Assembly (NCBI GenBank): GCA_002335385.1
Contig: DCVK01000016.1
Location: 11,224 to 75,223 of the forward strand
Length of the DNA: 64,000 nt
Reading direction: 5' to 3'
DNA from: Candidatus Aminicenantes bacterium UBA2190
Lineage (GTDB): Bacteria > Acidobacteriota > Aminicenantia > UBA2199
The notes below the pieces were generated by a model. It worked only from the letters and a program-made list of their open reading frames with translations. It was not told the origin of the DNA and searched no databases. Made by a program: the position numbers and the translations under genes. Positions 1 to 9,335 of this stretch are shown piece after piece. Positions within the stretch are counted from its first letter, which is position 1; each line of letters begins with the position of its first letter.

Positions 1-2763
1 TGGCGTACGGCGCCAGTTCTCCGCTGCCCCCTGGCGGTCGCTGATGTCCATGCAGATCCCGAGCATCTGCACGGGCTGGCCTTGTTCATTATAGACGCCG
101 GCGCCCACGGCGTTGATCCAGCGGACCCGCCCGTCCGGCAGCACGACGCGGTAGTTGCTGTCCAGGAATGAATGTGCTTTCAGCGCCCGCTCGATGCGCA
201 GTCCGGCCTCTTCCCGGTCCTCAGGGTGCAGCACCGCCCGCCAAGCCGCAAATGAGGCGGTGCTGGTCTTGGCATCGAGTCCGAGCAGCTCGAACATCTG
301 CGCCGACCAGACGATCCGGCCGCTGGCGACGTCCCAGTCCCACGTACCCGCCTTGCCGGCATGCAGCGCCATTTCCAGGCGTCTGGACGTGGTCTGCAGC
401 TCCTTCTTCTTGCTGATGAGTTCGCTGATGTCGTCGAAGATGGCGAACACCTGGTAGGGGACGGTCTCTCCAGGCAGGAACTGCGGTATGGCGCTGACCT
501 TGAGCCAGCGGATCGCTTCGCACTTGGGATCGTAAATGCCAATGATAACGTCATTCACCTCCTGCCCGGTGCGCTGGGCGACCGGGATCGGGTGCTCCGG
601 GCCGGGGAAATCGGAGCCGTCTTCGCGGACGGCTTTCCAGCGGGGGTCCAGCGATGTCAGTCCCAGCATCTGATCCAGCGTCAGGCCCACGATCCTTTCG
701 GCGGCGGGATTGGCGCTAATGATCTTCCCGTCGGCTCCCTGGTACACCACCCCCAGGGGCATGGATTCGAACAGGGTGCGGAATTTCAATTCGCTCTCCA
801 GCAGAGCCGTTTCGGCCAGATGCTGCTTCATTTCCCGGTCCAGGGCATCCAGCGCGAAGCCGAGGTCGTTGACCACCTCTTCCAGCAGGCCCACCTGGGC
901 GCGATCGAAGTAATCCTTCTCCCCGGCATACATCATCAGGGCGCCGATGCATTCGCCCTGGAAACGCAGGGGCAGGGCGGCCGAGGAGCGGTAGATGCGC
1001 CGGGTGGCGTCCCCGCGCCAGGGGGCCATTCTTTCGTCGCTGCCGATGTCGTTGCAAACGACCAGCCGGTTCTCGCGGATGGCCGTCCCGGTCGGGCCCC
1101 GGCCCGTGGGCACATCATCGATCGAGATGGAAATGTGGTTCAGGTATCCGGCGACCTGGCCGGACTGGCAGGCGGGACGCACGGTCCGGCTCGGCTTGTC
1201 GACCAGCCCGATCCAGGCCATGCGCATGTCCCCGGCGGCGACAGTCGCTTCGCAGACGTCCTGGAACAGCCGGCGGCGGTCCCTGGCCCTGATGATGGCC
1301 TGGTTGACCTGGCTGCGCACGGCGAGCAGCCGGTTGGCGTTCCGGAGCCGGATCTCGGCCGCCTTGCGTTCGCCGATATCACGGATGATGTTCTGGAAAT
1401 ATCTCTTGTCCTCGATCACGATCGCCCGGGCGCTGACCTCGACCGGGAATACCGAGCCGTCCTTCCGCTGCTGCCGGGTCTCGAAGAACATCCCGCCGCC
1501 CTCCTGCATCTGCTGCATCCGCGCCGCCAGCCTGTCCCGTTCAGCGGGAATGACCAGGTCACCCAGCGTCATTTTCAGCAGCGTCTCCCGGTCCAGGTCG
1601 TAGGCGACCTGGGCGCTGTCGCTGGCCTCCAGAATGTTCCCCTGGTCGTCGCAGAGCAGGATGATGTCATTGGCATAGCGGGTCAGGTAGTCGAACTGCT
1701 TTCCCAGGGCCTGCTTCTGCCTTTCCGTTTCGAGCTGCTGCCGGCGGAAGATGGCGTCCCGGCGCTGCCACAGGAAAAGGACGAGCAAGGCGCTGGCCAG
1801 GATCAGGGCCAGGATGGCCGCCAGAACCCCCAGAGCGGTACGGCGGACCGGCTCTTCGACCTCGTTACGGTCGACCTTGACCACGAAGAACCATGGCATT
1901 CCGGGGACGGGCCGGCTCACCGACCAGACGGGGACGCCGCGATAGTCGTGGCCGGCGAAAGCTCCGAAGTTGCCGCGAACGGCCTGGGCGGCGGGAAGTT
2001 GCGGCTGGATGGGCAGGCGCATCTGCATGGCCGCCCCCCGGCGGTGGCGCAATTCGTTCAGGAACAGCACGGAATCGCCCTCGCGCTTCACCAGCAGGGT
2101 CTCGGCCGTGAGGCTGGGCGTGGGCCAGGATTGGATCAGGGGGAAAAGGAAGCCGGCCGGGTCGATGCGCAGGAAGACGAACCCGCTGACGGCATCCGCC
2201 GCCAGCAGCGGCACCACCAGGTCCATGTGGATTGCGGACACGTTGCTGGAACGGTGCAGGTCGGAAATGCTCGCCGTTTTCTGCTGCCGGACCGCTTCGA
2301 TCTGCGCCCGCCCCTCGCTGCCAATCACCGGAAAGGGCCCTTCCAGCGCCAGGGCGATCTCCCCGGCGGCGTCGACCAGCAGGACGTTCTGGTAATGGTA
2401 GCCGCTGCGCAGGGCCTGCATCCAGTCGAGGACTGCCGCGCGGCGCGGCGCGGAGGAACGATCGCTCAGGAACGCCAGCAACTCCGCTCGGCAACTGGGG
2501 TTGGTCTCGATCTGCCGGGCATTCCCCATCCGCTCCCCCAGCCAGTTCTGCAATTCCCTGCCCTTCAGGTCGGCGATCGCCTGCAACTTGACGATCTCCT
2601 CACTGACTACGCCCTTCTTCAGCTGCTGATAATAGAAATTTCCCAGCCAGACGATGGCCGCGGAAACGACCAGGAAGACGGCCGGCAGTGCCCAAGGCGA
2701 ATGCCTGATCCGATCCGGAATCACGTGGCGCGTCCCGATCTCCTGGGTCATGGCCTTCTCCAT
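1..2763 (-). CDS. Multi-domain membrane sensor protein (extracytoplasmic sensor region, then PAS-GAF-PAS-PAS); 3' end lies outside the window
   Basis: Missing from the ORF track because its stop lies left of position 1. Hand translation of the minus strand from ATG 2763 (GGAG 9 nt upstream; alternative ATG at 2751) stays open for 921 codons to position 1 (MEKAMTQEIGTRHVIPDR...). Two hydrophobic spans flank a ~270-aa region. These are followed by PAS-like (DGSVFPVEVSARAIVIEDKRYFQNIIRDIGERK), GAF-like (MRMAWIGLVD...GECIGALMMYAGEKDYF) and two further PAS-like segments. The output domain is not visible. Confidence 0.8.
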   Translation of the reverse strand, partial: MEKAMTQEIGTRHVIPDRIRHSPWALPAVFLVVSAAIVWLGNFYYQQLKKGVVSEEIVKLQAIADLKGRELQNWLGERMGNARQIETNPSCRAELLAFLSDRSSAPRRAAVLDWMQALRSGYHYQNVLLVDAAGEIALALEGPFPVIGSEGRAQIEAVRQQKTASISDLHRSSNVSAIHMDLVVPLLAADAVSGFVFLRIDPAGFLFPLIQSWPTPSLTAETLLVKREGDSVLFLNELRHRRGAAMQMRLPIQPQLPAAQAVRGNFGAFAGHDYRGVPVWSVSRPVPGMPWFFVVKVDRNEVEEPVRRTALGVLAAILALILASALLVLFLWQRRDAIFRRQQLETERQKQALGKQFDYLTRYANDIILLCDDQGNILEASDSAQVAYDLDRETLLKMTLGDLVIPAERDRLAARMQQMQEGGGMFFETRQQRKDGSVFPVEVSARAIVIEDKRYFQNIIRDIGERKAAEIRLRNANRLLAVRSQVNQAIIRARDRRRLFQDVCEATVAAGDMRMAWIGLVDKPSRTVRPACQSGQVAGYLNHISISIDDVPTGRGPTGTAIRENRLVVCNDIGSDERMAPWRGDATRRIYRSSAALPLRFQGECIGALMMYAGEKDYFDRAQVGLLEEVVNDLGFALDALDREMKQHLAETALLESELKFRTLFESMPLGVVYQGADGKIISANPAAERIVGLTLDQMLGLTSLDPRWKAVREDGSDFPGPEHPIPVAQRTGQEVNDVIIGIYDPKCEAIRWLKVSAIPQFLPGETVPYQVFAIFDDISELISKKKELQTTSRRLEMALHAGKAGTWDWDVASGRIVWSAQMFELLGLDAKTSTASFAAWRAVLHPEDREEAGLRIERALKAHSFLDSNYRVVLPDGRVRWINAVGAGVYNEQGQPVQMLGICMDISDRQGAAENWRRTP

Positions 2764-2784
2764 TTTTCAGAGCTCCGTTTCGCT

Positions 2785-2813
2785 AATTTACAAAATCCGC
2801 CCTTCGTTGTCAA
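2785..2813 (-). promoter_or_regulatory. Sigma70-like promoter for the sensor gene
   Basis: Minus strand reads TTGACA, 17 nt spacer, TAAATT, preceded by an A/T-rich stretch. The -10 element ends about 22 nt upstream of ATG 2763. Confidence 0.45.
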
Positions 2814-2982
2814 TAAAAAAATATTTCTGCCTGTTTCCGTCCTGCGCACGCCTCAAGCCGGCCGATCTGTTTTCCCAAGGTCCGCGCAAGGCCAAGTGCC
2901 TGATCACGTTCCCAGGGCAGAGACGGCAGGGGGAGGCGCGTTTCGTTCCGGAGCGCCGGCGGTCACGCCCGGGCCAGCAAGG

Positions 2983-3675
2983 CTAGGCCATGCGCCCGTC
3001 GAGCAGGGTGATGGTGCGCCGGGCCCGGGCGGCCATGCGCGGGTTGTGCGTCACCAGCAGAACCGTCATGCCCTCCTTCTCGTTCAGGGTCTTGAAAATG
3101 TCACCGATCTCCTCGCCGTGGCGGGAGTCCAGGTTTCCCGTCGGTTCGTCGGCCAGCAGGATCTCCGGCTTGTTGACCAGGGCGCGGGCGATGGCCACCC
3201 GCTGCATCTCGCCCCCGGACAGTTCGCCCGGCCGGTGGCGGAGGCGTTTCTCCAGCCCCAGGAAGCGGATGATGGGCATGGGATCGGCGGCGGCGCCCGG
3301 CTTGCGGAAGAAGGCGAAAGGCATGACGATGTTCTCGTACAGGGTCAGGGTGGGAACCAGATAAAAACGCTGGAAGACGTAGCCGAAGACGCGGCGCCGG
3401 ATCCGGGTCAGCGCCGCCTCCGACAATCCCCGGCCGCCGCGCAGGACCTCTTCGCCGCCGACGCGCAGGCTGCCGGAGGTGGCGTTGTCCAGGCAGCCCA
3501 GCAGGTTGATCAGCGTGCTCTTGCCCGAACCCGAGGGCCCGATGAAGGAAATGAATTCACCCCTGGCCACGCGCAGCGAGATGCCGTCGACGGCCACGAT
3601 CTCTTCGCTGCCGCGGCGGTACACCTTGCGCAGGTCCCGGGCTTCGAGGGCCGGTGTGTCTTCGACCATGGTCAA
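2983..3675 (-). CDS. ABC transporter ATP-binding protein (MacB/LolD/FtsE-type)
   Basis: Walker A GPSGSGKST, signature LSGGEMQRVAIARAL, Walker B ILLADEPTGNLD. The TTG start overlaps the stop of the upstream permease (TTGA); an in-frame ATG at 3669 is an alternative start. Confidence 0.93.
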   Translation of the reverse strand: MTMVEDTPALEARDLRKVYRRGSEEIVAVDGISLRVARGEFISFIGPSGSGKSTLINLLGCLDNATSGSLRVGGEEVLRGGRGLSEAALTRIRRRVFGYVFQRFYLVPTLTLYENIVMPFAFFRKPGAAADPMPIIRFLGLEKRLRHRPGELSGGEMQRVAIARALVNKPEILLADEPTGNLDSRHGEEIGDIFKTLNEKEGMTVLLVTHNPRMAARARRTITLLDGRMA

Positions 3676-4868
3676 TCCCCCTCGCTGCGGATCGATTCCA
3701 GCGGCCGCACCCGCGCCGCCCGCCAGGCCGGATACATGCCGCTGACCAGGCCGATGCCGAGCACGACGGCGAACGTCGTCACCATCAGCGGCACGTCGAT
3801 CAGGATCAGCCTGCCGGTCGGGGTATAGGGCAGGAGGCGGCGGATGAGCAGGTCGGTGACCTGCGCCAGGCCGAAAGCCAGGGCCAGCCCCAGCGCGCCT
3901 CCCAGCAGGCAGAGGATGATGGTCTCGGTCCAGATCATGCGGAACACGTCCTTGGGCATCGCCCCCATGCTTTTCATGATGCCGATCTCCTGGAAGCGCT
4001 CGAAGACCGACATCAGGATGGTGTTGATCACCCCCACCATGGCGATGAGGATGGCGATGACCGCGATGGAAAGCACCATCACCTTGGCCGTCGCCACCAG
4101 GCTCATGATGGTGTTCTTCACCTGGGCCATGGAGACCACCTGGACGTCCGGCAGGTCGTACAGCCGGTTTTCCAGGGCGGCGGTGTCCGCCTTGCGGTCC
4201 ACCTTGATGCCCACCGCGGTCAGTTTGCCCTGCTGGCCGAACTCTTTCTGCAGCATGCGGATGGGGACGAAGATCGTGCCGTCGTCCTGGGTGCCCGAGC
4301 GTTCCAGGATGCCCACGACCGTCAGTTCGATGTTCTTGTCGGGGATGAGCATCTTGTCGCCCACCTCCCGCTGCTCGAGCTCGGCCGCCTCGTAGCCCAG
4401 CACGGCCACGCGCGCCGCCGGGTCCGTGAACCAGCCGCCCTGCTTGAACTTCAGGAACGACTTCATGCCCGGGAAAGTGGCCGGGTCGATGCCGAGGTAG
4501 GCGTCGATGGCGCCGCTGTCGCCGCGGTCGGGGTCGAATACGGCCTGCATGAGCATCGGCGTCACGCTGTCGACTTCGCGCTGCAAAAGGATGTCGTCGA
4601 TGACGCTCTCGCTCATGTAGCGCAACCCCGTGCCGCCCTTGAGCATCAGCGTCGCCGCTTCGTAGGGGCAGCCCTTGGCCGTGAGCAGCACCTGAAATCC
4701 CATGTTGTCGATGTCTTTTTTCAGCGCCGCGTCATAGCCGCGGTTGAAGCCGAGCAGGCTGGCCAGGACCCAGGCCGACAGCCCGATGCCGACGACCGTC
4801 AGGACGCTGCGCGTGCGCTTGCGCAGCAGGTTTTTCGCGGCGATCTGGTAAAGCGAAAGCTTTTTCAT
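3672..4868 (-). CDS. MacB/FtsX-type ABC permease with a large periplasmic domain
   Basis: N-terminus MKKLSLYQIAAKNLLRKRTRSVLTVVGIGLS is typical of the MacB_PCD/FtsX family. A ~220-aa extracytoplasmic insert is followed by three C-terminal TM helices (FtsX domain). ATGA overlap with the upstream gene. Confidence 0.9.
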   Translation of the reverse strand: MKKLSLYQIAAKNLLRKRTRSVLTVVGIGLSAWVLASLLGFNRGYDAALKKDIDNMGFQVLLTAKGCPYEAATLMLKGGTGLRYMSESVIDDILLQREVDSVTPMLMQAVFDPDRGDSGAIDAYLGIDPATFPGMKSFLKFKQGGWFTDPAARVAVLGYEAAELEQREVGDKMLIPDKNIELTVVGILERSGTQDDGTIFVPIRMLQKEFGQQGKLTAVGIKVDRKADTAALENRLYDLPDVQVVSMAQVKNTIMSLVATAKVMVLSIAVIAILIAMVGVINTILMSVFERFQEIGIMKSMGAMPKDVFRMIWTETIILCLLGGALGLALAFGLAQVTDLLIRRLLPYTPTGRLILIDVPLMVTTFAVVLGIGLVSGMYPAWRAARVRPLESIRSEGD

Positions 4869-5506
4869 GCGCCCGGCTCCTTGGCCAGGAAGCGGTTGCC
4901 CAGAAGGAACTCGTCGCAGAGGATCAGGTTCTTCTTGACTGCGCGCAGGGTGGCGCGGAAATCGTCCTCGGCCTTGGGTGACGGGTTCCGGATGGCGGCG
5001 ATCGGGCTGCCCGGGCCGGCCCGCCCGGACGCCACGTCGTAACCGTCAAAATCGCGCAGGTTCAACCCGATGAACTGCCGTCCGAATTCCGGCGCGCGCA
5101 GCAGGCGCGCCTGGTTGTTGGTGAGCTTCTGGAAGTAGAAGGCCAGGATGCGTCCCTCGCTGTCGAGCGCCAGGATGGGCTGGATGCCGCCGTAACGGCC
5201 CTTCTGGTTGACGCCGTGGATGTAGCCAATTGTCTCCTGGCCCCTGAAAATGCGGTACAGCGTGTAGGGCACGTCGGCGGTCTCGAAAAGGCCCTTGAAC
5301 GAGTCGCCCAGCCGGCGCTCCACCTGCTGCAGCAGCGCGGCGCCTCCCCGGCCGAGGATGGAGGCGTAGATCGTCCGATAGCCGGTGGACTGAGGAAAAA
5401 GGCGCTTCACGTCGCGGTCGGGGTCATTGAGCTCGCAGCCGACCGCCGCCAGCAGCGGCAGGACGCACAGGAGGAAGACGCCCGCCGCGGCCGCCCATTT
5501 TTTCAT
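4865..5506 (-). CDS. Lipoprotein with an FMN_bind-like domain (flavinylation motif degenerate)
   Basis: Signal peptide with lipobox LLAAVGC. Core GRYGGIQPILALDSEGRILAFYF...FGRQFIGL...YDVASGRAGPGSPIAAI resembles the RnfG/NqrC/NosR FMN_bind pattern, but carries SGRA where SGAT is expected. Confidence 0.55.
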   Translation of the reverse strand: MKKWAAAAGVFLLCVLPLLAAVGCELNDPDRDVKRLFPQSTGYRTIYASILGRGGAALLQQVERRLGDSFKGLFETADVPYTLYRIFRGQETIGYIHGVNQKGRYGGIQPILALDSEGRILAFYFQKLTNNQARLLRAPEFGRQFIGLNLRDFDGYDVASGRAGPGSPIAAIRNPSPKAEDDFRATLRAVKKNLILCDEFLLGNRFLAKEPGA

Positions 5507-5543
5507 CGGTCGTCCCTGCTCATGACGGGTTTCTCCTTGGCCG

Positions 5544-6569
5544 TCAAATGGCGAGCCCCTTGTAAAAATAGATCTGGAAAACGAGCTGTGAATCGCGGAA
5601 GCGCCGGTCGTACAGGTACATCGCCCGCAGCGTCCAATCCGCGTTGGCCAGGAAGGTCAACCCGGCGGAGAAGTTGAGGTTGCGCCGCCCCTTGTCGACG
5701 AGCAGGGCGGGTTGGACCTCCAGCTTGAGCCGGTTCTCGCGCAGCAGGTTCAGGCCGACGCGCCACAGAACGGCCGCCACCGGGCCGAGAATCCTGTCCC
5801 CCAGTGCGATCTCGAGACGGTTCTCCCAGTTGTCGTACAGCCAGGTCATGTCCAGCTCCGCCATGCGGATGGGCACCAGCGTATCGGAAAGCAGGTAATT
5901 GCCCATGACGTCCAGCACCTTGCCGAAGCCGAAGGAAAGGCCGATATTGAAGTTGTCTCTCTCCAGAATGCCCTCGGCCAGGCGGGCGGCGAGCAGCCAG
6001 TTCCGGCGCAACCGCAGCGACATCCCCGACCCGCTGGTCAGCGAGATGCCGAAATCGCCGCTGGCGGTATCGCGCTCGAGGCCGACGCCCCAGTCGCGGT
6101 CGAAACTGAACCCGCTCATCACCAGCGGCTGCAGCAGGTGGGCATGCTGGTCGAATTGCGAGGCCAGGCCGAAATGCGGGCGATTGTGGCCGATCCAAGC
6201 GTCGAACGGCCGGAACTTGAATTTCAGGAAGGCATTGTAGATCTGGAGGACCGGGGCGGTCTTTTTCGCGACGCCATAGGTCAGCCGCGACTGTTCGGAG
6301 AGGATGTCGAGGGCCAGCCGCGCCTGGACGGAGAGGACGGCTACATCCCGCTTGGCGATGGAAAACCGCTGCACATAGTCAAAGCCCAGGCTGGACTTCT
6401 GCATGGTCTCCAGCTCATTCTGAGAATGGAATATGCCCTCCCCCAGCCGGAAGGAGTAGCCGCCGATTCCCTGCGCCTCGAAGAACAGCAGAAAGTCGGC
6501 GGCGGCCAAAGGGGCCAGGCTGCAGGCGACCAGCCACAACGCGAGGAACAGCCTGCGTTTACACATCAA
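5544..6569 (-). CDS. Putative outer-membrane beta-barrel (porin-like) protein
   Basis: Signal peptide MMCKRRLFLALWLVACSLAPLAAA. Alternating hydrophobic/polar beta-strand pattern throughout, with an aromatic-rich C-terminal strand (LVFQIYFYKGLAI). No specific family recognised. Confidence 0.5.
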   Translation of the reverse strand: MMCKRRLFLALWLVACSLAPLAAADFLLFFEAQGIGGYSFRLGEGIFHSQNELETMQKSSLGFDYVQRFSIAKRDVAVLSVQARLALDILSEQSRLTYGVAKKTAPVLQIYNAFLKFKFRPFDAWIGHNRPHFGLASQFDQHAHLLQPLVMSGFSFDRDWGVGLERDTASGDFGISLTSGSGMSLRLRRNWLLAARLAEGILERDNFNIGLSFGFGKVLDVMGNYLLSDTLVPIRMAELDMTWLYDNWENRLEIALGDRILGPVAAVLWRVGLNLLRENRLKLEVQPALLVDKGRRNLNFSAGLTFLANADWTLRAMYLYDRRFRDSQLVFQIYFYKGLAI

Positions 6570-6981
6570 AAAGGATGCGGGCGCGCAGGACGATCCGCTC
6601 GCCGTCGCGGAAGGTGAGCTGGATCTCCCAATCGCCGGGCATGACCACGTTGACGGGCAGCAGGTAGTTCCGCGACTTGTTCAGCTTGAGGGGAACGTCT
6701 CCGGAATCGTGATGCCCCGCCATCGAGGGCATGTCGGAGCGGCCGCTGATCGTCAAAGGCGAGATTTTTTCGCCTTTGTCGTCGAACAGCTGGATCTTCA
6801 GGATGACCATGCCGATCTGCGGCCTCTGGGTGAATTCCCACGTGCCGTGGATCCCGGCGCCGACTTCAAAACGCTTGCCGGGCTCCAGGACGCGCATCTC
6901 CTCGGCTGGTTCCTGAGGCCAGACGCTCGCGGACAGCAGAAAAAGAGTAACGGCCATCAGGCTCGCAGTCAATTTACTCAT
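6559..6981 (-). CDS. Exported YtkA/FixH-like beta-sandwich protein with a Met/His cluster
   Basis: Start chosen at the internal ATG (MSKLTASLMAVTLFLLSASVW) preceded by AGGAGGAAGC. Pattern ILKIQLFDDKGEKISP...DMPSMAGHHDSGD...NYLLPVNVVMPGDWEIQLTF matches the YtkA-like/FixH fold signature as I know it. Confidence 0.6.
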   Translation of the reverse strand: MSKLTASLMAVTLFLLSASVWPQEPAEEMRVLEPGKRFEVGAGIHGTWEFTQRPQIGMVILKIQLFDDKGEKISPLTISGRSDMPSMAGHHDSGDVPLKLNKSRNYLLPVNVVMPGDWEIQLTFRDGERIVLRARILFDV

Positions 6982-7040
6982 GCTTCCTCCTTGAACAGAT
7001 TCGCCACAACCAGAGGCCAGTCTTGCGACCGCCTCCCTGC

Positions 7041-9335
7041 TCATAACCGGTAGATCACCGTCGCGATGAAGCGCCGGCCGGGCTCATAGACCCGCGCCCC
7101 GGTGCGGAACGGGTCACGGGCGTTGGCCAAGTGTTCAGTATACAGCCGGTCGAAGACGTTGTCCAATGCCGCCTGGATGCGAAAGCCGCCGAGGGTCGCA
7201 CCCAGCCTCAGGTTGAGGATCTGCCAGCCCGGCGTGGCCCCTTCCAGCAGGTCGGTATCCACCCGGTTCTGGGCCCCGGTGATGACGCCTTCGCCTTCGG
7301 CAAAGAAGCGGCCCGAATCGTAGCGGACCAGCAGCCGCGAACTCAGGGGCGGGACCTCGCCCAGGGTTGCCGAGTGGATGTGGCGAGCCGGATCCGTGTC
7401 CTTTTCTCCCCGCAGCCAGGACAGGCTGCCGGCGACGAATAACCGTCGGAGCGGGGCATAGCTGAATTCGACCTCGGTCCCCCACAGGCGCGCGTCGGTA
7501 TTGGCATAGGACCGCGCCATGGTGTTCATCACCCCGGGTTGGGCAGTGACGCGGGGCTGGTTGATCAGGGCGATCCAGTCGACGAGCGACTGGTGGAAGA
7601 CGGAAGCGCCGATCGATCCCCTCCGGAGCTGCCAGGTCGCTTTCACGTCGGCTCCCGTGTTCCTCGTCGGCAGCAGCTCGGGATTGCCGACCCAGTCGCT
7701 GCCCGCGCGCTTGAGGGCGAAATAGCGCTCTGCCGGGTCGGGCGGGCGCACGGTCCGCCCGCCGCCGGCGGAAATTTCGATGTGCGTCGACGGCTTCCAG
7801 GCCAGGCGGACGGTGGCGGAGGGCATGGTGTCCGTGCGCGAGGTCGAGCGGGTCGATTGGTAGGCGAAGTAGAGATTCGTATTGGCCAGGCCCGGGTCGG
7901 CGACGGTGCGCATCCGGTCGATGCGCGCGCCTGTGCTGAGTCTCAGGCCGGAGCCGAGCCGCCATTCGCGCGAGATGAAGGCTCCGAGCAGGCTTGTATC
8001 CACGTCGGGAATGGATGCCTGGGCGGCATAATTCATCTTGGCCATCATGGTACGGGTGTCCCAGTTGCGGCGGACGCCCTCGATCCCGAGCCGCAGGCCC
8101 TGCACCGTCGCCTCGGCCTTGAGTCCCAAGACCTGGGTCTCAGCCTCGGTACCCATGCTGTAGCCCCGCGGAGTCCCCTGTCCGGAGATCCTCTGCTCGT
8201 CGGTCATCCAGTGCCTGACCTCGCTGGCATAGGCGCGGATGCGGAAATCCCCGATGAAACCGGGCAGGCCCAGCCGGGTCCAGCTGATGCCCAGGCGATC
8301 GGCGTTGTCCCAGGGGGAGTCCATCAGCAGGCCGGGATAGAAGATCAGGTCAGCTTCCTGGCGGGTATAGGCGATCTCGATGCTTTCACCGACATGCGGA
8401 GTGAGGTAGAATTTGCCCCAGGCGGTGCCGACATTGAAGGCCCGGGAATCGAGCCGGCCGGGGAGGTAATTGGCGGTCTCGGTAAACAGCCTGCCCGCCC
8501 CGTCGCGATAGGGATCGGACCTGCGCATGGAGAACCCGAGCGATCCCGAGACGAGATCGCCGCCGTACGAGAGGCTGAGCGAAGGATTGAGATAGGCGGA
8601 GGATCCTCCGACCAGGGTGGCGGCCAGGTGGAACCCGGATTGGGGCCTGAGGGTCACGATATTGACCCTGCCCCCGAGACTGCCCTGGTTCTCGATGTCG
8701 AAGGGGCCCTTGGTCACTTCGACGTGTTCGATCTCGGAAAAATCGACATGAAAGGCGGGGGAGTCCATGCGGTTGGGGCAGGCGCCGTATATCCGGCAGC
8801 CGTCCACCAGGACGTTGACATTGTCACGCTGCAGGCCGCGCAGCACGATATCGTTGGCAATGGCCCCCTTGCGGACCTTGGCCAGGCCGGGCATGCGCAT
8901 CATGGCCTCGCCCAGATCGATCGCGGGGCTCTCCCTGATCTCGGGAATCGACAGGGAAGCGCCCGTTCCCTGCACCGTAATCGCTTCTGTCAGCCGTTGA
9001 AAATTCACCAGCAGCGTTGCTCTCGCCGTACTGCCGGATCGTACCACGAGCGGAACGCCCTCCGATGTCATGATCCCGTCGAGCGCTGCCGACACCTCGT
9101 AGTCGCCGGGATCCAGCTCGGAAAAGCTGAACTCGCCGCCGTAGCCGGTGATCGTATGCCGCGGCGCCGATCCCATCCTGGATATCGTGACCGTGATACC
9201 GGGAAGGCCTTCATGGGTGGGTCCCAGGGCAATGCCGAAGACCCTGCCCCATGGCTCCGGTGTCGCTGGACCCAGCGCGGACAGCAGGATCAGACTCGAT
9301 AGCACAAAATAGATCAACCGTTTGCCTTGGTTCAT
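7041..9335 (-). CDS. TonB-dependent receptor with an N-terminal carboxypeptidase-regulatory-like domain
   Basis: Start at MNQGKRLIYFVLSSLILLSALG (GGAGG RBS), so the ORF-track extension to 9494 is rejected. CarboxypepD_reg-like segment PGITVTISRMG...GEFSFSELDPGDYEVSA. Plug region DIVLRGLQRDNVNVLVDGCRIYGACPNRMDSP...VEVTKGP. Long barrel follows. Confidence 0.9.
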   Translation of the reverse strand: MNQGKRLIYFVLSSLILLSALGPATPEPWGRVFGIALGPTHEGLPGITVTISRMGSAPRHTITGYGGEFSFSELDPGDYEVSAALDGIMTSEGVPLVVRSGSTARATLLVNFQRLTEAITVQGTGASLSIPEIRESPAIDLGEAMMRMPGLAKVRKGAIANDIVLRGLQRDNVNVLVDGCRIYGACPNRMDSPAFHVDFSEIEHVEVTKGPFDIENQGSLGGRVNIVTLRPQSGFHLAATLVGGSSAYLNPSLSLSYGGDLVSGSLGFSMRRSDPYRDGAGRLFTETANYLPGRLDSRAFNVGTAWGKFYLTPHVGESIEIAYTRQEADLIFYPGLLMDSPWDNADRLGISWTRLGLPGFIGDFRIRAYASEVRHWMTDEQRISGQGTPRGYSMGTEAETQVLGLKAEATVQGLRLGIEGVRRNWDTRTMMAKMNYAAQASIPDVDTSLLGAFISREWRLGSGLRLSTGARIDRMRTVADPGLANTNLYFAYQSTRSTSRTDTMPSATVRLAWKPSTHIEISAGGGRTVRPPDPAERYFALKRAGSDWVGNPELLPTRNTGADVKATWQLRRGSIGASVFHQSLVDWIALINQPRVTAQPGVMNTMARSYANTDARLWGTEVEFSYAPLRRLFVAGSLSWLRGEKDTDPARHIHSATLGEVPPLSSRLLVRYDSGRFFAEGEGVITGAQNRVDTDLLEGATPGWQILNLRLGATLGGFRIQAALDNVFDRLYTEHLANARDPFRTGARVYEPGRRFIATVIYRL

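Noticed and set aside
361-3828. 1155-aa plus-strand ORF, the longest listed in this region
   Set aside because: It is antisense to the PAS/GAF sensor gene and the ABC ATPase gene, both of which have clear family motifs. Its composition (D/G/Q/H/R/L-rich, no motifs) is typical of shadow ORFs in high-GC DNA.
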